Part shown: in pieces, positions 38,905 through 48,337 of the stretch
Layout of the letters: the number at the start of each line of letters is the position of its first letter
Position numbering within the stretch: position 1 is the first letter of the stretch
Source of the DNA: Gemmatimonadota bacterium
GTDB taxonomy: Bacteria; Gemmatimonadota; Gemmatimonadetes; Longimicrobiales; RSA9
Direction: 5' to 3'
Assembly (NCBI GenBank): GCA_040905425.1
Contig: JBBDRO010000080.1
Span: 31,809-95,808, forward strand
DNA length: 64,000 bases
The notes under the pieces: generated by a model
The model's input: only the letters and a program-made list of their open reading frames with translations
The model's database searches: none
What the model was told of the DNA's origin: nothing
Position numbers and translations under genes: made by a program

Positions 38905-39306
38905 TCACTGGCAGGCAATGACTCCGGGGGACGTGGCGGGCGCACCGTCCGCCGGATCGGCGTCACCCGTGTAGACCCCGCAGTTGGCGTCGTCGGCGAG
39001 CGAGACGTGCGTGGCCCGGGCGGCGTAGCCGCCGGCGGAGGCGTCGACCACGGTGGCGGTGACCCCGGGGCTGGTGGAGAAGTTGCGCAGCTCGGCCGCG
39101 TCCGCGGCATAGGTTTGATGGAGGCCGTAGTAGGCTTCCTGGTGGGTGGCCAGGTTGCGCAGGTCGTTCTGCATGACGGCGCGGTAGCTGCGGTCCTTGG
39201 CCGCCCAGAAGCGGTTCACGCCCACGGCGGCCAGGATGCCGATGATCACCAGCACCATCAGGAGCTCGATCAGGGTGAAGCCGTCACGCCGCGTGGTCTG
39301 CGTCAT
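38905..39306 (-). CDS. Type IV pilin paralog
   Basis: RDG|FTLIELLMVLVIIGILAA; DLRNLA; C-terminal Cys pair. Confidence 0.9.
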   Translation of the reverse strand: MTQTTRRDGFTLIELLMVLVIIGILAAVGVNRFWAAKDRSYRAVMQNDLRNLATHQEAYYGLHQTYAADAAELRNFSTSPGVTATVVDASAGGYAARATHVSLADDANCGVYTGDADPADGAPATSPGVIACQ

Positions 39307-39336
39307 CACAGGTTCCCGGGGGAGAGTGCATGAAAT

Positions 39337-39367
39337 CGGGGGTGGTGGCCGAACACCACCACCCCCG
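39337..39367 (-). terminator. Hairpin between the two pilin genes
   Basis: 12-bp perfect stem CGGGGGTGGTGG/CCACCACCCCCG followed by a weak ATTTCA tail on the minus strand. Confidence 0.65.
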
Positions 39368-39394
39368 AAAAGGCGTCTTTAGCTGAGCCCTGAT

Positions 39395-39808
39395 CTACTG
39401 ACCGATGCAGGCGATCACACCTGAGGTGACAGCAGGAGCCTGGATGGCCGCGTCACCCGTGAAATAGCCGCATATCTGCGTGGCTGTCAGCGCGGCGTGG
39501 CTGGCCGTGGCGGACCACCCCGTCTGGCCGGCCGCCGTGACGTCGACGGTCACACCCTGCGAGGGCTGGAAGTCCAGGTTCAAGGTAGTGGGGTCGCCGG
39601 GGCCGGCGTAGTAGAAGGTGTTGTTCGGGTTGCCGAAGTAGAGCTCCTGCTGCGAAACCAGGTTGCGCAGGTCGGAGGTCATGGCCTGGAAATAGGCCTT
39701 TTCGCGCGTCTTGCCGAACTTCGGGATCGCGATGGCGGCCAGGATGCCGATGATCACGATCACGATGAGCAGCTCGATCAGGGTGAAGCCCTTCTGTTGC
39801 TTGAGCAT
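39395..39808 (-). CDS. pilA: Probable major type IVa pilin
   Basis: MLKQQKG|FTLIELLIVIVIIGILAAIAIP; AAGGAG RBS; own sigma-54 promoter and downstream hairpin. Confidence 0.9.
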   Translation of the reverse strand: MLKQQKGFTLIELLIVIVIIGILAAIAIPKFGKTREKAYFQAMTSDLRNLVSQQELYFGNPNNTFYYAGPGDPTTLNLDFQPSQGVTVDVTAAGQTGWSATASHAALTATQICGYFTGDAAIQAPAVTSGVIACIGQ

Positions 39809-39879
39809 CTTTGCTCCTTGCGAAGATGAGTGTGGATCCGGAGACAGCTCCGTCGGGAAACTTGCCACCCAGGGATAAG

Positions 39880-39895
39880 GCAAGCGGCGTTCCCA
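39880..39895 (-). promoter_or_regulatory. Sigma-54 -24/-12 promoter of pilA
   Basis: Minus strand TGGGAACGCCGCTTGC = GG-N10-GC, ~70 nt before the ATG; CAA-N4-TTG IHF-like site near 39922-39933. Confidence 0.7.
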
Positions 39896-39987
39896 TCCGG
39901 GCCAGTCCTGGCATGATGCGCGCAAACCGTTGCGCCGCAGGGATTTCAGGTTATGGCGCCGGCCCCGCCGGCAGCCACCAAGATGCT

Positions 39988-41970
39988 TCAGGACGTGGCA
40001 TTTTGCAAGCCTCTCGCAGGATCCGGCACCGCGGACGCCTCGAACAGGCTCCAGCCGCTCGCGGGATCCACGCATGGGTCCGCGGGCCGCTGCTGGCTCT
40101 CCGGGGACGCGTAGCAGCCCTGCCTGACGGCCGTGGCCACGGCCTCCAGATTGGCGCGCGGCGCGGGTTCCTCCGTGGCCGCCATTGCCTGGTCCAGCGC
40201 AGCCAGCGCCGCCTCCGCGTGCCCGGTACGGGCCAGCGCGCGCGCCTCGAAGGCCGCGTAGCGCCAGGGCTCGCCGCCGGGCAGTTGCCGCACGAGGCGC
40301 CAGGCGGCCGCGGCCCGTCCCCACTGGCCGAGCCCCTCGTACGCGCGGGCGCGGAACAGATTGTAGGTCAGCGCGTCGGTGCCGCGCAGGCGCCAGCTCC
40401 GCTCCAGGGCGGCGAGGGCTTCCTCCCAGCGCTCCGCGCCCACGTAGGCAAAGGCCAGCAGGGTCCACGGGCGCCCCACGTACGGATGCTGCTCCGCGGC
40501 GCCGCGCAGGTGGCGGATGGCCTCGTCGTAGTTGCCCTGCCGCGTATGGAAGAGGCCAGCGTCCGAGCGCAGTTGGGAATCGTGCGGCCAGAGCGCCAGT
40601 GCCAGCTGAAAGTGCCCCTCGGCGCGATCCACGAAGCCCCGCCGCTCCATCTCCCACGCCATCATCCACTGGGCGCGGTAGGACTCCGGGTGTTCGTGCG
40701 CCAGGGTCAGGGCCACGTCCATGGTGCTGTGCCACGCCGGATTGCGCTGCACGGTGCGCGCGGCCAGCAGCGCCAGCGCCACGGCCAGCGCGGCCCCCGC
40801 CCACCGCCGGCGCGTCCGGCCCCACCCCCGCTCCACCGCCTCCCAGCCGAAGGCCACCAGGAAGGACACGGCCAGCACGGGGAGGTAGAGGGTGCGCTCC
40901 GCCAGCAGCACGCCGATGGGAAAGAAGAGGTTGGAGACCGTGAGCACGGTGAGGAGGAACCACGCCGCGGGCAGTCCCAGCCGGGGCCGCCAGGGCGTCA
41001 ACGCCGTCAGGGTAACGGCGAGCGCCAGCAGCAGCGCGCCCAGCGCGGCCATCGGCGTCCACGTGAGCGTGGGCAGGATCACGCCGGGCGCGTAGTCCAC
41101 GACCAGATCCGCGGGGAAGAAGAGCAGGCGCACGTACTCCGGCCAGGCGCGGAACGCGCTGAGCAGGCGGGGCCCGGTCTCCTGCAGGTACGGCAGAGCG
41201 GGTGCGGCGTTCACGCCCGTGAGATTGCCCAGCACGCTCACCCGGGCCACCAGGTAGAAGCCCACCAGCAGCGCCATGAGGAGGAGCGGGGCGGACATGG
41301 CGCGCGCGTACGGCGCGACCGAACGCCATCCGGGACGCACCCGGCCGTCGACCACGTCCACAAGCACCAGCAGCGCCGGCAGGATGACGGCGCTCTCCTT
41401 GGCCAGCAGTCCCACGCCGTAGAGCGTCAGTACCGCCGCCCGCCGGCCCCACCCCATGCCCGGCGCCGGGCGCCCGAGGTGGATCAGCAGCGCCCCGAGC
41501 ACGGCACCCGCCGCGATGATCTCCGCTTGCCCCACCACGTTGGCCACCGCCTCCACGTGCACCGGGTGGACCGCGAAGACCAGCGCGCCCAGCCCCGCAG
41601 CCAGCGGGGCCGCGAATCGCCGCAGCAGCAGGAGCGCCAGCACGGAGACGCCGGCGTGCATGAGCGCGCTGACCAGATGGAAGAACCACGGCGCGCCGCC
41701 CGCCACCGCCCACTGCAGCGCGTAGGCAAAGATCGGCACGGGGCGCCACAGCCCCAGTTCGGACCCCATGCTGGGCCAGTAGGGCGTGGTCCAGATGGAG
41801 CGCTGATCGGCCAGGTCGTGCACACGCGTGTTCTGCAGGATGATGAACACGTCATCGAAGGCAAAGCCGTTGGCCACGGCGTTGGCGTAGACCGCCACGG
41901 CCACCAGCGCCACCAGCCACCAGGGCACGCCCGCGCGGCGCAGGCGCGCACGCACGTCTGCCAGCGTCAT
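39988..41970 (-). CDS. TMTC-like GT-C membrane glycosyltransferase with C-terminal TPRs (copy 1)
   Basis: NGFAFDD acidic loop, WRPV, FAVHPVHVEAVANVVG, LLAKE, LLFFPADLVVDY, AERTLYLP, then TPRs. Confidence 0.82.
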   Translation of the reverse strand: MTLADVRARLRRAGVPWWLVALVAVAVYANAVANGFAFDDVFIILQNTRVHDLADQRSIWTTPYWPSMGSELGLWRPVPIFAYALQWAVAGGAPWFFHLVSALMHAGVSVLALLLLRRFAAPLAAGLGALVFAVHPVHVEAVANVVGQAEIIAAGAVLGALLIHLGRPAPGMGWGRRAAVLTLYGVGLLAKESAVILPALLVLVDVVDGRVRPGWRSVAPYARAMSAPLLLMALLVGFYLVARVSVLGNLTGVNAAPALPYLQETGPRLLSAFRAWPEYVRLLFFPADLVVDYAPGVILPTLTWTPMAALGALLLALAVTLTALTPWRPRLGLPAAWFLLTVLTVSNLFFPIGVLLAERTLYLPVLAVSFLVAFGWEAVERGWGRTRRRWAGAALAVALALLAARTVQRNPAWHSTMDVALTLAHEHPESYRAQWMMAWEMERRGFVDRAEGHFQLALALWPHDSQLRSDAGLFHTRQGNYDEAIRHLRGAAEQHPYVGRPWTLLAFAYVGAERWEEALAALERSWRLRGTDALTYNLFRARAYEGLGQWGRAAAAWRLVRQLPGGEPWRYAAFEARALARTGHAEAALAALDQAMAATEEPAPRANLEAVATAVRQGCYASPESQQRPADPCVDPASGWSLFEASAVPDPARGLQNATS

Positions 41971-43724
41971 CGTCCCCCGCCGGTGCCGGCATCCGGCGGT
42001 GCCGCCGGGGCACCCGCTTCGAGCTGGCCCCGCATGTCCAGCAGCAGCGAGTCGGCGGGCGCCAGGCCCAACCCCGCCGCCACCGCGCGCGCCGCGGCGG
42101 CGGTGTCCGCCAGCGCCAGCGCCATGGCGGCCACCACCCGGTGGCCGTCCACCACCTCCGGCCACTGCTCCGTGGCGTGTTCGGCCAGCCGCCGCGCGTA
42201 CTCCAGGCGCCCATGCCGCGCGGCGTAGCCCGCCGCTTCGATCACCAGGCCGGGACGATGCGGCCACAGCGAGATGGCGGCGCCGTACTCGGTGAGCGCC
42301 AGCTCCACGTGCCCCTCCCCGCGCGCGGTGCGGGCAATGTTCCAGTGCGCGCGGAAGTTGTCCGGACGCTCGCGGACCATGGCCGCGAAGAGCGTGGCGT
42401 TGGAGGACCAGACGGGGACCTGCATGACTGTGCGGAGGGCCAGCAGCGTGACCGCCACGGCGAACACGACGGCTCCCGCACGCCGCGCCCGGTCGGGCAG
42501 CCGCAGCACCAGCGCCACCGCTCCCGCCACACCGACGGAGAGCGCCAGCGAGGGCAGGTAGAGCGTGCGCTCCGCCACCACGACGCCGATGGGCACCAGG
42601 AAATTGGTCACGGGCAGCCCCACCACGGGCACCCAGAGCAGCGCGAGCGCCGTGCGCCCCCGCCCGCGCGCCAGGGCGTAGAGCCCCCCGCCCAGCAGGA
42701 TGCCCACGATGAGTGCCCCGGCCGCCACCAGCGGCGTGACCGCGCGCGCGGGATTGATGACGTGCGGGCCGTAGTCCGCCAGCAGGGTGCGCGGCCAGAA
42801 GAACAGGCGCGCCCAGTGCGGCCAGGCCTGCAGCGCGGTGAGGATGCGCTCCGTGGCGCCGCTGGTCACCTCGAGCGCCGGGTCCACACGCGTGGGCGCC
42901 AGCCCATCGAGCACGGCGGCGCGCGCACCCAGATAGGCGCCCAGCACCACGGTCTGCGCGGCGAAGGCCGCCCAGGTGCGGCGCAGGTAGGACAGGGTAT
43001 GGCGCAGCCGCCACCGTCCGGCCGCCGCGTCCAGCAGCACGAGCGCGGCCGGCAGCATGACCGCGCCCTCCTTGGCAAGCAGCGCCAGCAGGTAGAGGGC
43101 GGGCACGAGGAGCAGCCGCGCCGGCCGCTCCAGCCGCGGCGCGCCGTGGCCTACCGTCCGCCGCACGGGCGGGGGCGCGTCCGCGGCGGGTGGCTCGCCC
43201 GTCCGGAGCCAGAGCAGTGCGGCGCCCAGGAAGAGGAGCGCGGCCAGCACCTCCGCCCGGCCGACCACGTTAGCTACCGCCTCCACGTGCACCGGGTGTA
43301 CGGCAAAGACCAGCGCCCCGAGCAGCGCCGGCAGCGGCCGGAAGAGCATGGCAAGCAGCAGGAAGATCAGGGCACACACAGCACCATGGCCCAATAGGTT
43401 CACCAGGTGGAACCAGGCCGGGTTGTCCGGGGCCAGCGCCCAGTCGCGCGCGAAGCTGAGGGTCGTGAGGGGCCGCCACAGCCCCAGGATGTTCTCCCCC
43501 GGCCAGTAGCCGCCCGTGAGGATGCCGCCCAGGTCGAAGGTGTGCACGCGCGGATCGCCCGCCACGATGGCCCGGTCGTCGTACACGAAGCCGTGGGACA
43601 GTGAGGTGGCAAAGACCACCATGCCGGCCAGCGCGGCCACCAGCGCGCCCCAGGCGTGCGGCACCACGGCATCCCCGCCCGGCGGCGAGGCGTGACCGGG
43701 GCCGGGGGCGGCGGGCGCGATCAT
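41967..43724 (-). CDS. TMTC-like GT-C membrane glycosyltransferase with C-terminal TPRs (copy 2)
   Basis: HGFVYDDRAI, WRPL, FAVHPVHVEAVANVVGRAE, LLAKE, LFFWPRTLLADY, AERTLYLP. Confidence 0.82.
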   Translation of the reverse strand: MIAPAAPGPGHASPPGGDAVVPHAWGALVAALAGMVVFATSLSHGFVYDDRAIVAGDPRVHTFDLGGILTGGYWPGENILGLWRPLTTLSFARDWALAPDNPAWFHLVNLLGHGAVCALIFLLLAMLFRPLPALLGALVFAVHPVHVEAVANVVGRAEVLAALLFLGAALLWLRTGEPPAADAPPPVRRTVGHGAPRLERPARLLLVPALYLLALLAKEGAVMLPAALVLLDAAAGRWRLRHTLSYLRRTWAAFAAQTVVLGAYLGARAAVLDGLAPTRVDPALEVTSGATERILTALQAWPHWARLFFWPRTLLADYGPHVINPARAVTPLVAAGALIVGILLGGGLYALARGRGRTALALLWVPVVGLPVTNFLVPIGVVVAERTLYLPSLALSVGVAGAVALVLRLPDRARRAGAVVFAVAVTLLALRTVMQVPVWSSNATLFAAMVRERPDNFRAHWNIARTARGEGHVELALTEYGAAISLWPHRPGLVIEAAGYAARHGRLEYARRLAEHATEQWPEVVDGHRVVAAMALALADTAAAARAVAAGLGLAPADSLLLDMRGQLEAGAPAAPPDAGTGGGR

Positions 43725-43746
43725 GGCCGTGCCTCGCGCGGCGCGC

Positions 43747-45642
43747 TCACGGGGTCCCGCCCGCGAGATGCCGGCGGCGCCAGAGCTCGAAGACCAGCAG
43801 CGTCCAGAGCGGCTTGCGCAGATCCGCGCGCCGGGTGCCGTGGTCGTCCAGCATGCGCGTGACCACCGCGGGCTCGAAGAGGCCGTCCGCGCGGAGCGTG
43901 TCGGGCGCCAGGGTGTCCCGCACGAGCTCGCGCAGCGGCCCGTTCAGCCAGGCCGCCACAGGCATCCCGAACCCCTTCTTGCGCCGGGCCAGGATGGCCG
44001 GCGGCAGGAGGTCCGCCACGGCGTCGCGCAGCATGCGCTTGCCCGTGAGCCGCCGCATCCGGTAGTGGTCGGGGACGCCGAAGGCCAGCTCGACCACCGG
44101 CGGCGCCAGCAGCGGGGCGCGCACCTCCAGCGCCACCCGCATGCTGGCGCGGTCCACCTTGGCCAGGATGTCATCCGGCAGGTAGGTGGTGGCGTCCAGA
44201 TGGGTGGCGCGGGCCAGTGGCGGGGCGCCCTGGCTCTCCCGCCAGTGCCGCTGATACGCGTCAAAGGCATGGGCGCCGCCCCCTGCGGCCGCCAGCGTCT
44301 TCGGGGTAAGCAGCGCTGTCTGGGCCTCGGGCGTGAAGGAGGCCATCCAGCGCGCGTGGTCCGCGGGCGGGGGCGCCCCCGCGCCCGCCAGAAACGTGAG
44401 CGCCTTGAAGGGCAGCGCAAAGTTCGTGTCCGCCACCGGCAGCGCCCCGGCGGCCCGGCGCGCGCCGGCGAGCAGCGGGCCCGGCACATGCCGGAAAAAG
44501 GGCGCCACTCTGCGCGCCTGGTGCATGGGATAGCCCGCGAAGAGCTCGTCCCCGCCGTCCCCGCCCAGCGCCACGGTCACCCGCTCGCGCGCGAAGCGCG
44601 CCAGCAGCGCGGTGGGCAGGATGGAGGCGTCGCCGAGCGGCTCGTCCAGGATGTCCGGCAAGGACGGCACGAGCGCCGGCAGCTCCGCGCCCTCCAGGAT
44701 GCGCTCGTGATGGCGGCTGCCGATGTGCGCGGCCACCGCCCGCGCGTGCGCGCTCTCATCGAAGGAGCGCTCCCGGAAACCGATGCTGAAGGTGTCCACG
44801 GCGCCGGCCCGCGCCGCCAGCGCCGCCACGGTGCTGGAGTCGATGCCACCCGAGAGAAATACGCCGAGCGGCACGTCCGCCACCAGCCGGGAGCGGACCG
44901 CCCCTTCCAGGCGGGTGCGCAGCTCGCGCACCGCGTCCGGATAGGCCGGCACTTCCGGGGACGTCCGCGCATCCAGCCGCCACCATTGTTCGATGCGCGG
45001 CTGACCGTCCTCCAGGATCAGCGCGCTGCCCGGCTCCAGCTTGGCCACCCCGGCCACGATGCAGCCCGGCGAGGGTACGTACTCGTGCGCCAGATAGGCC
45101 GAGAGCGCCGCGGGATCGAGGGTGCGCGGCACGGCGGGGTGCGCGAGCACGGCACTGAGCTCCGAGGCAAAGATCACCATGCCATCCGCCACGGCATGGT
45201 AGAGGGGCTTCTCGCCCATGCGGTCGCGCGCCAGGACCAGCCGGCGCGCCGCGCCGTCCCAGAGCGCCAGGGCGAACATGCCGTCCAGGCGCTCCAGGCA
45301 GCCCAGCCCCCAGGCGTCGTAGGCATGGGCCGCCACCTCGGAGTCGGACCCGGTACGGAAGCGGTGCCCCCGAGCCTCCAGTTCGGCGGCCAGCGCGCGG
45401 AAGTTGTAGATCTCGCCGTTGACCACCGCCATGGTCTCCGGGCGCGCGCCCGCGAGCGGCTGATGGCCCCCCGCCAGGTCGATGACCGAGAGGCGGCGAT
45501 GGCCGAGCACCACGCCCGGCGCCGTGAACGAGCCCTCGTCGTCCGGGCCGCGGTGCGCCACGCAGCGCAGCATGGCGGCCAGGGGGGCGGGGTCCAGGGT
45601 GCGGCGGGGATCCAGCGCCGCGTAGCCGCTTATGCCGCACAC
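43747..45642 (-). CDS. asnB: Asparagine synthase-like glutamine amidotransferase (glycan-cluster type)
   Basis: MCGISG, HRGPD, NGEIYN, LSGGIDSS, GDGGDELFAGY, KVDRASM, KKGF. Confidence 0.92.
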   Translation of the reverse strand: MCGISGYAALDPRRTLDPAPLAAMLRCVAHRGPDDEGSFTAPGVVLGHRRLSVIDLAGGHQPLAGARPETMAVVNGEIYNFRALAAELEARGHRFRTGSDSEVAAHAYDAWGLGCLERLDGMFALALWDGAARRLVLARDRMGEKPLYHAVADGMVIFASELSAVLAHPAVPRTLDPAALSAYLAHEYVPSPGCIVAGVAKLEPGSALILEDGQPRIEQWWRLDARTSPEVPAYPDAVRELRTRLEGAVRSRLVADVPLGVFLSGGIDSSTVAALAARAGAVDTFSIGFRERSFDESAHARAVAAHIGSRHHERILEGAELPALVPSLPDILDEPLGDASILPTALLARFARERVTVALGGDGGDELFAGYPMHQARRVAPFFRHVPGPLLAGARRAAGALPVADTNFALPFKALTFLAGAGAPPPADHARWMASFTPEAQTALLTPKTLAAAGGGAHAFDAYQRHWRESQGAPPLARATHLDATTYLPDDILAKVDRASMRVALEVRAPLLAPPVVELAFGVPDHYRMRRLTGKRMLRDAVADLLPPAILARRKKGFGMPVAAWLNGPLRELVRDTLAPDTLRADGLFEPAVVTRMLDDHGTRRADLRKPLWTLLVFELWRRRHLAGGTP

Positions 45643-45651
45643 GCGCGCGCC

Positions 45652-46683
45652 TCACTCCCCGGCGCCGGGCGTGGCGGCCGCCGCGCCGTCGGACCCCGGC
45701 ACCCGACCGAAGCCGCGCCAGGAGTTGGCGTTGTGGTGCTCGATGGCCACGCCCTCAAGGCCGGCGCGCTCGAACCATGCGGCAAAGTCCTGGCGGCGGA
45801 TGTAGAAGGCCACCGGCGCCACCAGGTGATCGAAGACAATGGAGCGCTGCTCCCGGTAAGGGAAATCAGCAATGTAGGTGAGGTAGGGCGCGTACGGCAG
45901 CGTGGCGTTCAGCCGTGTGCCGCGTGAGGGCCGGTAGAGCAGCCGGGTGCCGAGCCAGAGCGGCACGGTGAGCAGTCCCGCCAGCGCGTCCAGCACGCCG
46001 TAGGGCAGGCGCGAGGTGACGTGCTCCCGCACCGGCGAGACGCCGTGCACGATCCAGCCGTTGCCCTCCCGCCCGTACACCCAGGCGGAGATGGCGCCGC
46101 CGGGCACCAGTCTGCCCACCAGCGCCCGGAAGCCGCGCTCGGGATCGGGCAGGTGGTGCAGGACGCCGATGGAGAAGGCATAGTCGAAGACCCGCCCAAC
46201 GGGCGGCCGGTTGAGGTCCGCCTGCACCACGTGGGCGTTGGCCAGGTGGCGGGTATTGGCGAAGGCCGCATCCACGGCCTGGCTCAGGTCCATGGCCACC
46301 ACGGCGCGCGCGCCGAAGCCGGCGGCCAGCGCCGTGTGCCGGCCCTTGCCGCAGCCCCCCTCCAGGACGGTGCGTCCCTGGAACATCTCCGGCGTGACGG
46401 GCCGCAGCCAGTCCAGGAACTGCTGCCGGTAGCGCGCCGCCAGCTCGGCGTAGCGGGTCCATTCGTAGCCGAACGCCTCGGCGGTCCGGCGCTCCTCCAC
46501 GCCGACCTCCCCCGGCTCCTCCACGAAGCGCGGCACCCCTTCCCGGATGGGAAACGCGCGCGCGCAGCCGGCGCAGGTCAGCGTGCCGGTCATCACGTGC
46601 TCGTCCTCGTGGGCGGCCACCGCCAGCTCCAGCCGGCCACCACATCCGGGACAGGCCAGCAGGTCGAGCGCGCGCTCCCTCAT
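45652..46683 (-). CDS. Trm112-like zinc-ribbon domain fused to a class I SAM methyltransferase
   Basis: LLACPGC...CAGC...FPIREGVPRF, then VLEGGCGKGR and GVLHHLPDP. Confidence 0.85.
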   Translation of the reverse strand: MRERALDLLACPGCGGRLELAVAAHEDEHVMTGTLTCAGCARAFPIREGVPRFVEEPGEVGVEERRTAEAFGYEWTRYAELAARYRQQFLDWLRPVTPEMFQGRTVLEGGCGKGRHTALAAGFGARAVVAMDLSQAVDAAFANTRHLANAHVVQADLNRPPVGRVFDYAFSIGVLHHLPDPERGFRALVGRLVPGGAISAWVYGREGNGWIVHGVSPVREHVTSRLPYGVLDALAGLLTVPLWLGTRLLYRPSRGTRLNATLPYAPYLTYIADFPYREQRSIVFDHLVAPVAFYIRRQDFAAWFERAGLEGVAIEHHNANSWRGFGRVPGSDGAAAATPGAGE

Positions 46684-47624
46684 ACTTCGTCCTCGGCGTG
46701 CCAGAGCGCGTAGGTCCGTTTGTCCTGCGACTCGTAATACGTGCGCACCGTCAGTTCGGCCACCAGCCCCAGCAGGATGGAGAGGAAGCCCACCAGGGCG
46801 AACATCACCGAGACCAGCGGCAGCGGCGTCTGGATGAACGTCTTGGGATCGGCCGCCAGGTACTTGAAGTAGATCATCCAGGCAAAGGCCCCCGCGCTCA
46901 GCACGAGCGAGAGCACGCCGAAGCCACCGAACACGTAGATGGGTTTGGTGGCGTAGGAAGACAGGAACTTCACCACGATGAGGTCGAGCACCACTTTCAG
47001 CGTGCGTTCCATGCCGTAGCTGGACACACCGCGCGTGCGCGGGTGGTGGGTGACGGGCAGTTCGGTCACGCGCGCGCCCTGCCAGCTGGCATAGATGGGG
47101 ACGAAGCGGTGCATCTCCCCGTAGAGGCGCACACCCGCCAGCACGCTGCGGCGGTAGGCCTTGAGTGAGCAGCCGTAGTCGTGCAGCCGGACGCCCGAGA
47201 TCCAGGACACGAGGCGGTTGGCTACCACCGACGGAACCCGCCGGTGAAAGGGGTCCTGCCGATCCACCCGCCAGCCGCTCACCACGTCGTAGCCCTCCTC
47301 CAGGCGCGCCAGCAGGCGGGGAATGTCCCGCGGATCGTTCTGCAGATCACCGTCCATGGGCACGATGATGCGGCCCTGCGCGTGGTCGATCCCCGCGGAC
47401 AACGCGGCGGTCTGCCCGAAGTTGCGCCGCAGGCGCAGCAGCCGCACGCGCTCGTCGGTCTCCGCCAGGGCGCCGAGCACGGCCCAGCTGTCATCCGTGC
47501 TGCCGTCATCCACGAAGATGAACTCGGCCTCGCGGCCGAGCACGTCCGCCAGCCGCCGGTGCAGTTCCGGGAGGTTACCCGCCTCGTTGTAGACGGGCAC
47601 CACGACCGAGATATCGAGCGGCAT
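46680..47624 (-). CDS. GT2 polyprenyl-phosphate glycosyltransferase (ArnC/GtrB-like, two C-terminal TMs)
   Basis: VVPVYNE, VDDGSTD, RNFGQTAA, MDGDLQ, GEMHRF. Confidence 0.92.
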   Translation of the reverse strand: MPLDISVVVPVYNEAGNLPELHRRLADVLGREAEFIFVDDGSTDDSWAVLGALAETDERVRLLRLRRNFGQTAALSAGIDHAQGRIIVPMDGDLQNDPRDIPRLLARLEEGYDVVSGWRVDRQDPFHRRVPSVVANRLVSWISGVRLHDYGCSLKAYRRSVLAGVRLYGEMHRFVPIYASWQGARVTELPVTHHPRTRGVSSYGMERTLKVVLDLIVVKFLSSYATKPIYVFGGFGVLSLVLSAGAFAWMIYFKYLAADPKTFIQTPLPLVSVMFALVGFLSILLGLVAELTVRTYYESQDKRTYALWHAEDEV

Positions 47625-47644
47625 GTCCACCTCCTCGCCGGGTC

Positions 47645-48337
47645 TCATGAGCGGGCCGGCGGCTGCAGGCGCGCCACGTAGCGCACGGGCGCCAGGCGGA
47701 ACGGTACGGAACGCACACGCGCCACGCGCGCGTGGCCCGCGCATACCTTTTCGAGGAGGGCCAGGTCGAAGGCATGCAGGTGCCATTCGTTGCCCTCCCC
47801 CGCCAGGCGACGCAGCGGTCCGCGCAGCAGCCAGAGGCGGCTGAGCACCCGTTTGGTCCGGTCGATGAGTCCCTCGTTGGGTATGGAGACCACCACGCGC
47901 GCGCCCGGGGCGGCCACGCGCATGAGCTCGGCCACCACCGCGCCGGGATCGGGGACGTGCTCCAGCACCTCGGTGCACAGCACCACGTCGAAGGTGCCGC
48001 TGGCAAAGGGCAGCCGATCCGCCGACGCGCGTGCCAGCCGCGCCCCGGGCACGCGGCGCGCGCTGCGCTCAAGCATGACGCTCGACAGGTCGATCCCCCA
48101 GCGCTCCTGGTCGGGGTAGCGCATGAGTACGTGGCCGCCGCCGCAGCCCACCTCCAGCAGGCGCTCCCCGGGCGCCGCCGCGGCCAGCGCATCCAGGGCA
48201 CGCAGCCGCCGTGCCTCCACCCAGCGTACCAGGGGGTGCGCATCGGCGTAGTAGGCGTCGATGTCATAGCGCGCCACCATGGCATCGTTCCAGGCAATCA
48301 CGTCCTCGGGGGGACCGTGCGGCACGGGCTCGTTCAT
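47645..48337 (-). CDS. Class I SAM-dependent methyltransferase
   Basis: LLEVGCGGG, FDVVLCTEVLEHVPDP. Confidence 0.9.
   Translation of the reverse strand: MNEPVPHGPPEDVIAWNDAMVARYDIDAYYADAHPLVRWVEARRLRALDALAAAAPGERLLEVGCGGGHVLMRYPDQERWGIDLSSVMLERSARRVPGARLARASADRLPFASGTFDVVLCTEVLEHVPDPGAVVAELMRVAAPGARVVVSIPNEGLIDRTKRVLSRLWLLRGPLRRLAGEGNEWHLHAFDLALLEKVCAGHARVARVRSVPFRLAPVRYVARLQPPARS

Noticed and set aside
39395..41749. 784-aa ORF ending in a pilin domain
   Set aside because: Open-frame artefact overlapping the TMTC-like gene; the real pilin starts at 39808 with its own RBS and promoter.
43747..45642. Lasso peptide cyclase / RiPP cluster
   Set aside because: It has a full glutaminase domain with Cys2, no B peptidase, RRE or precursor nearby, and the context is glycan synthesis.
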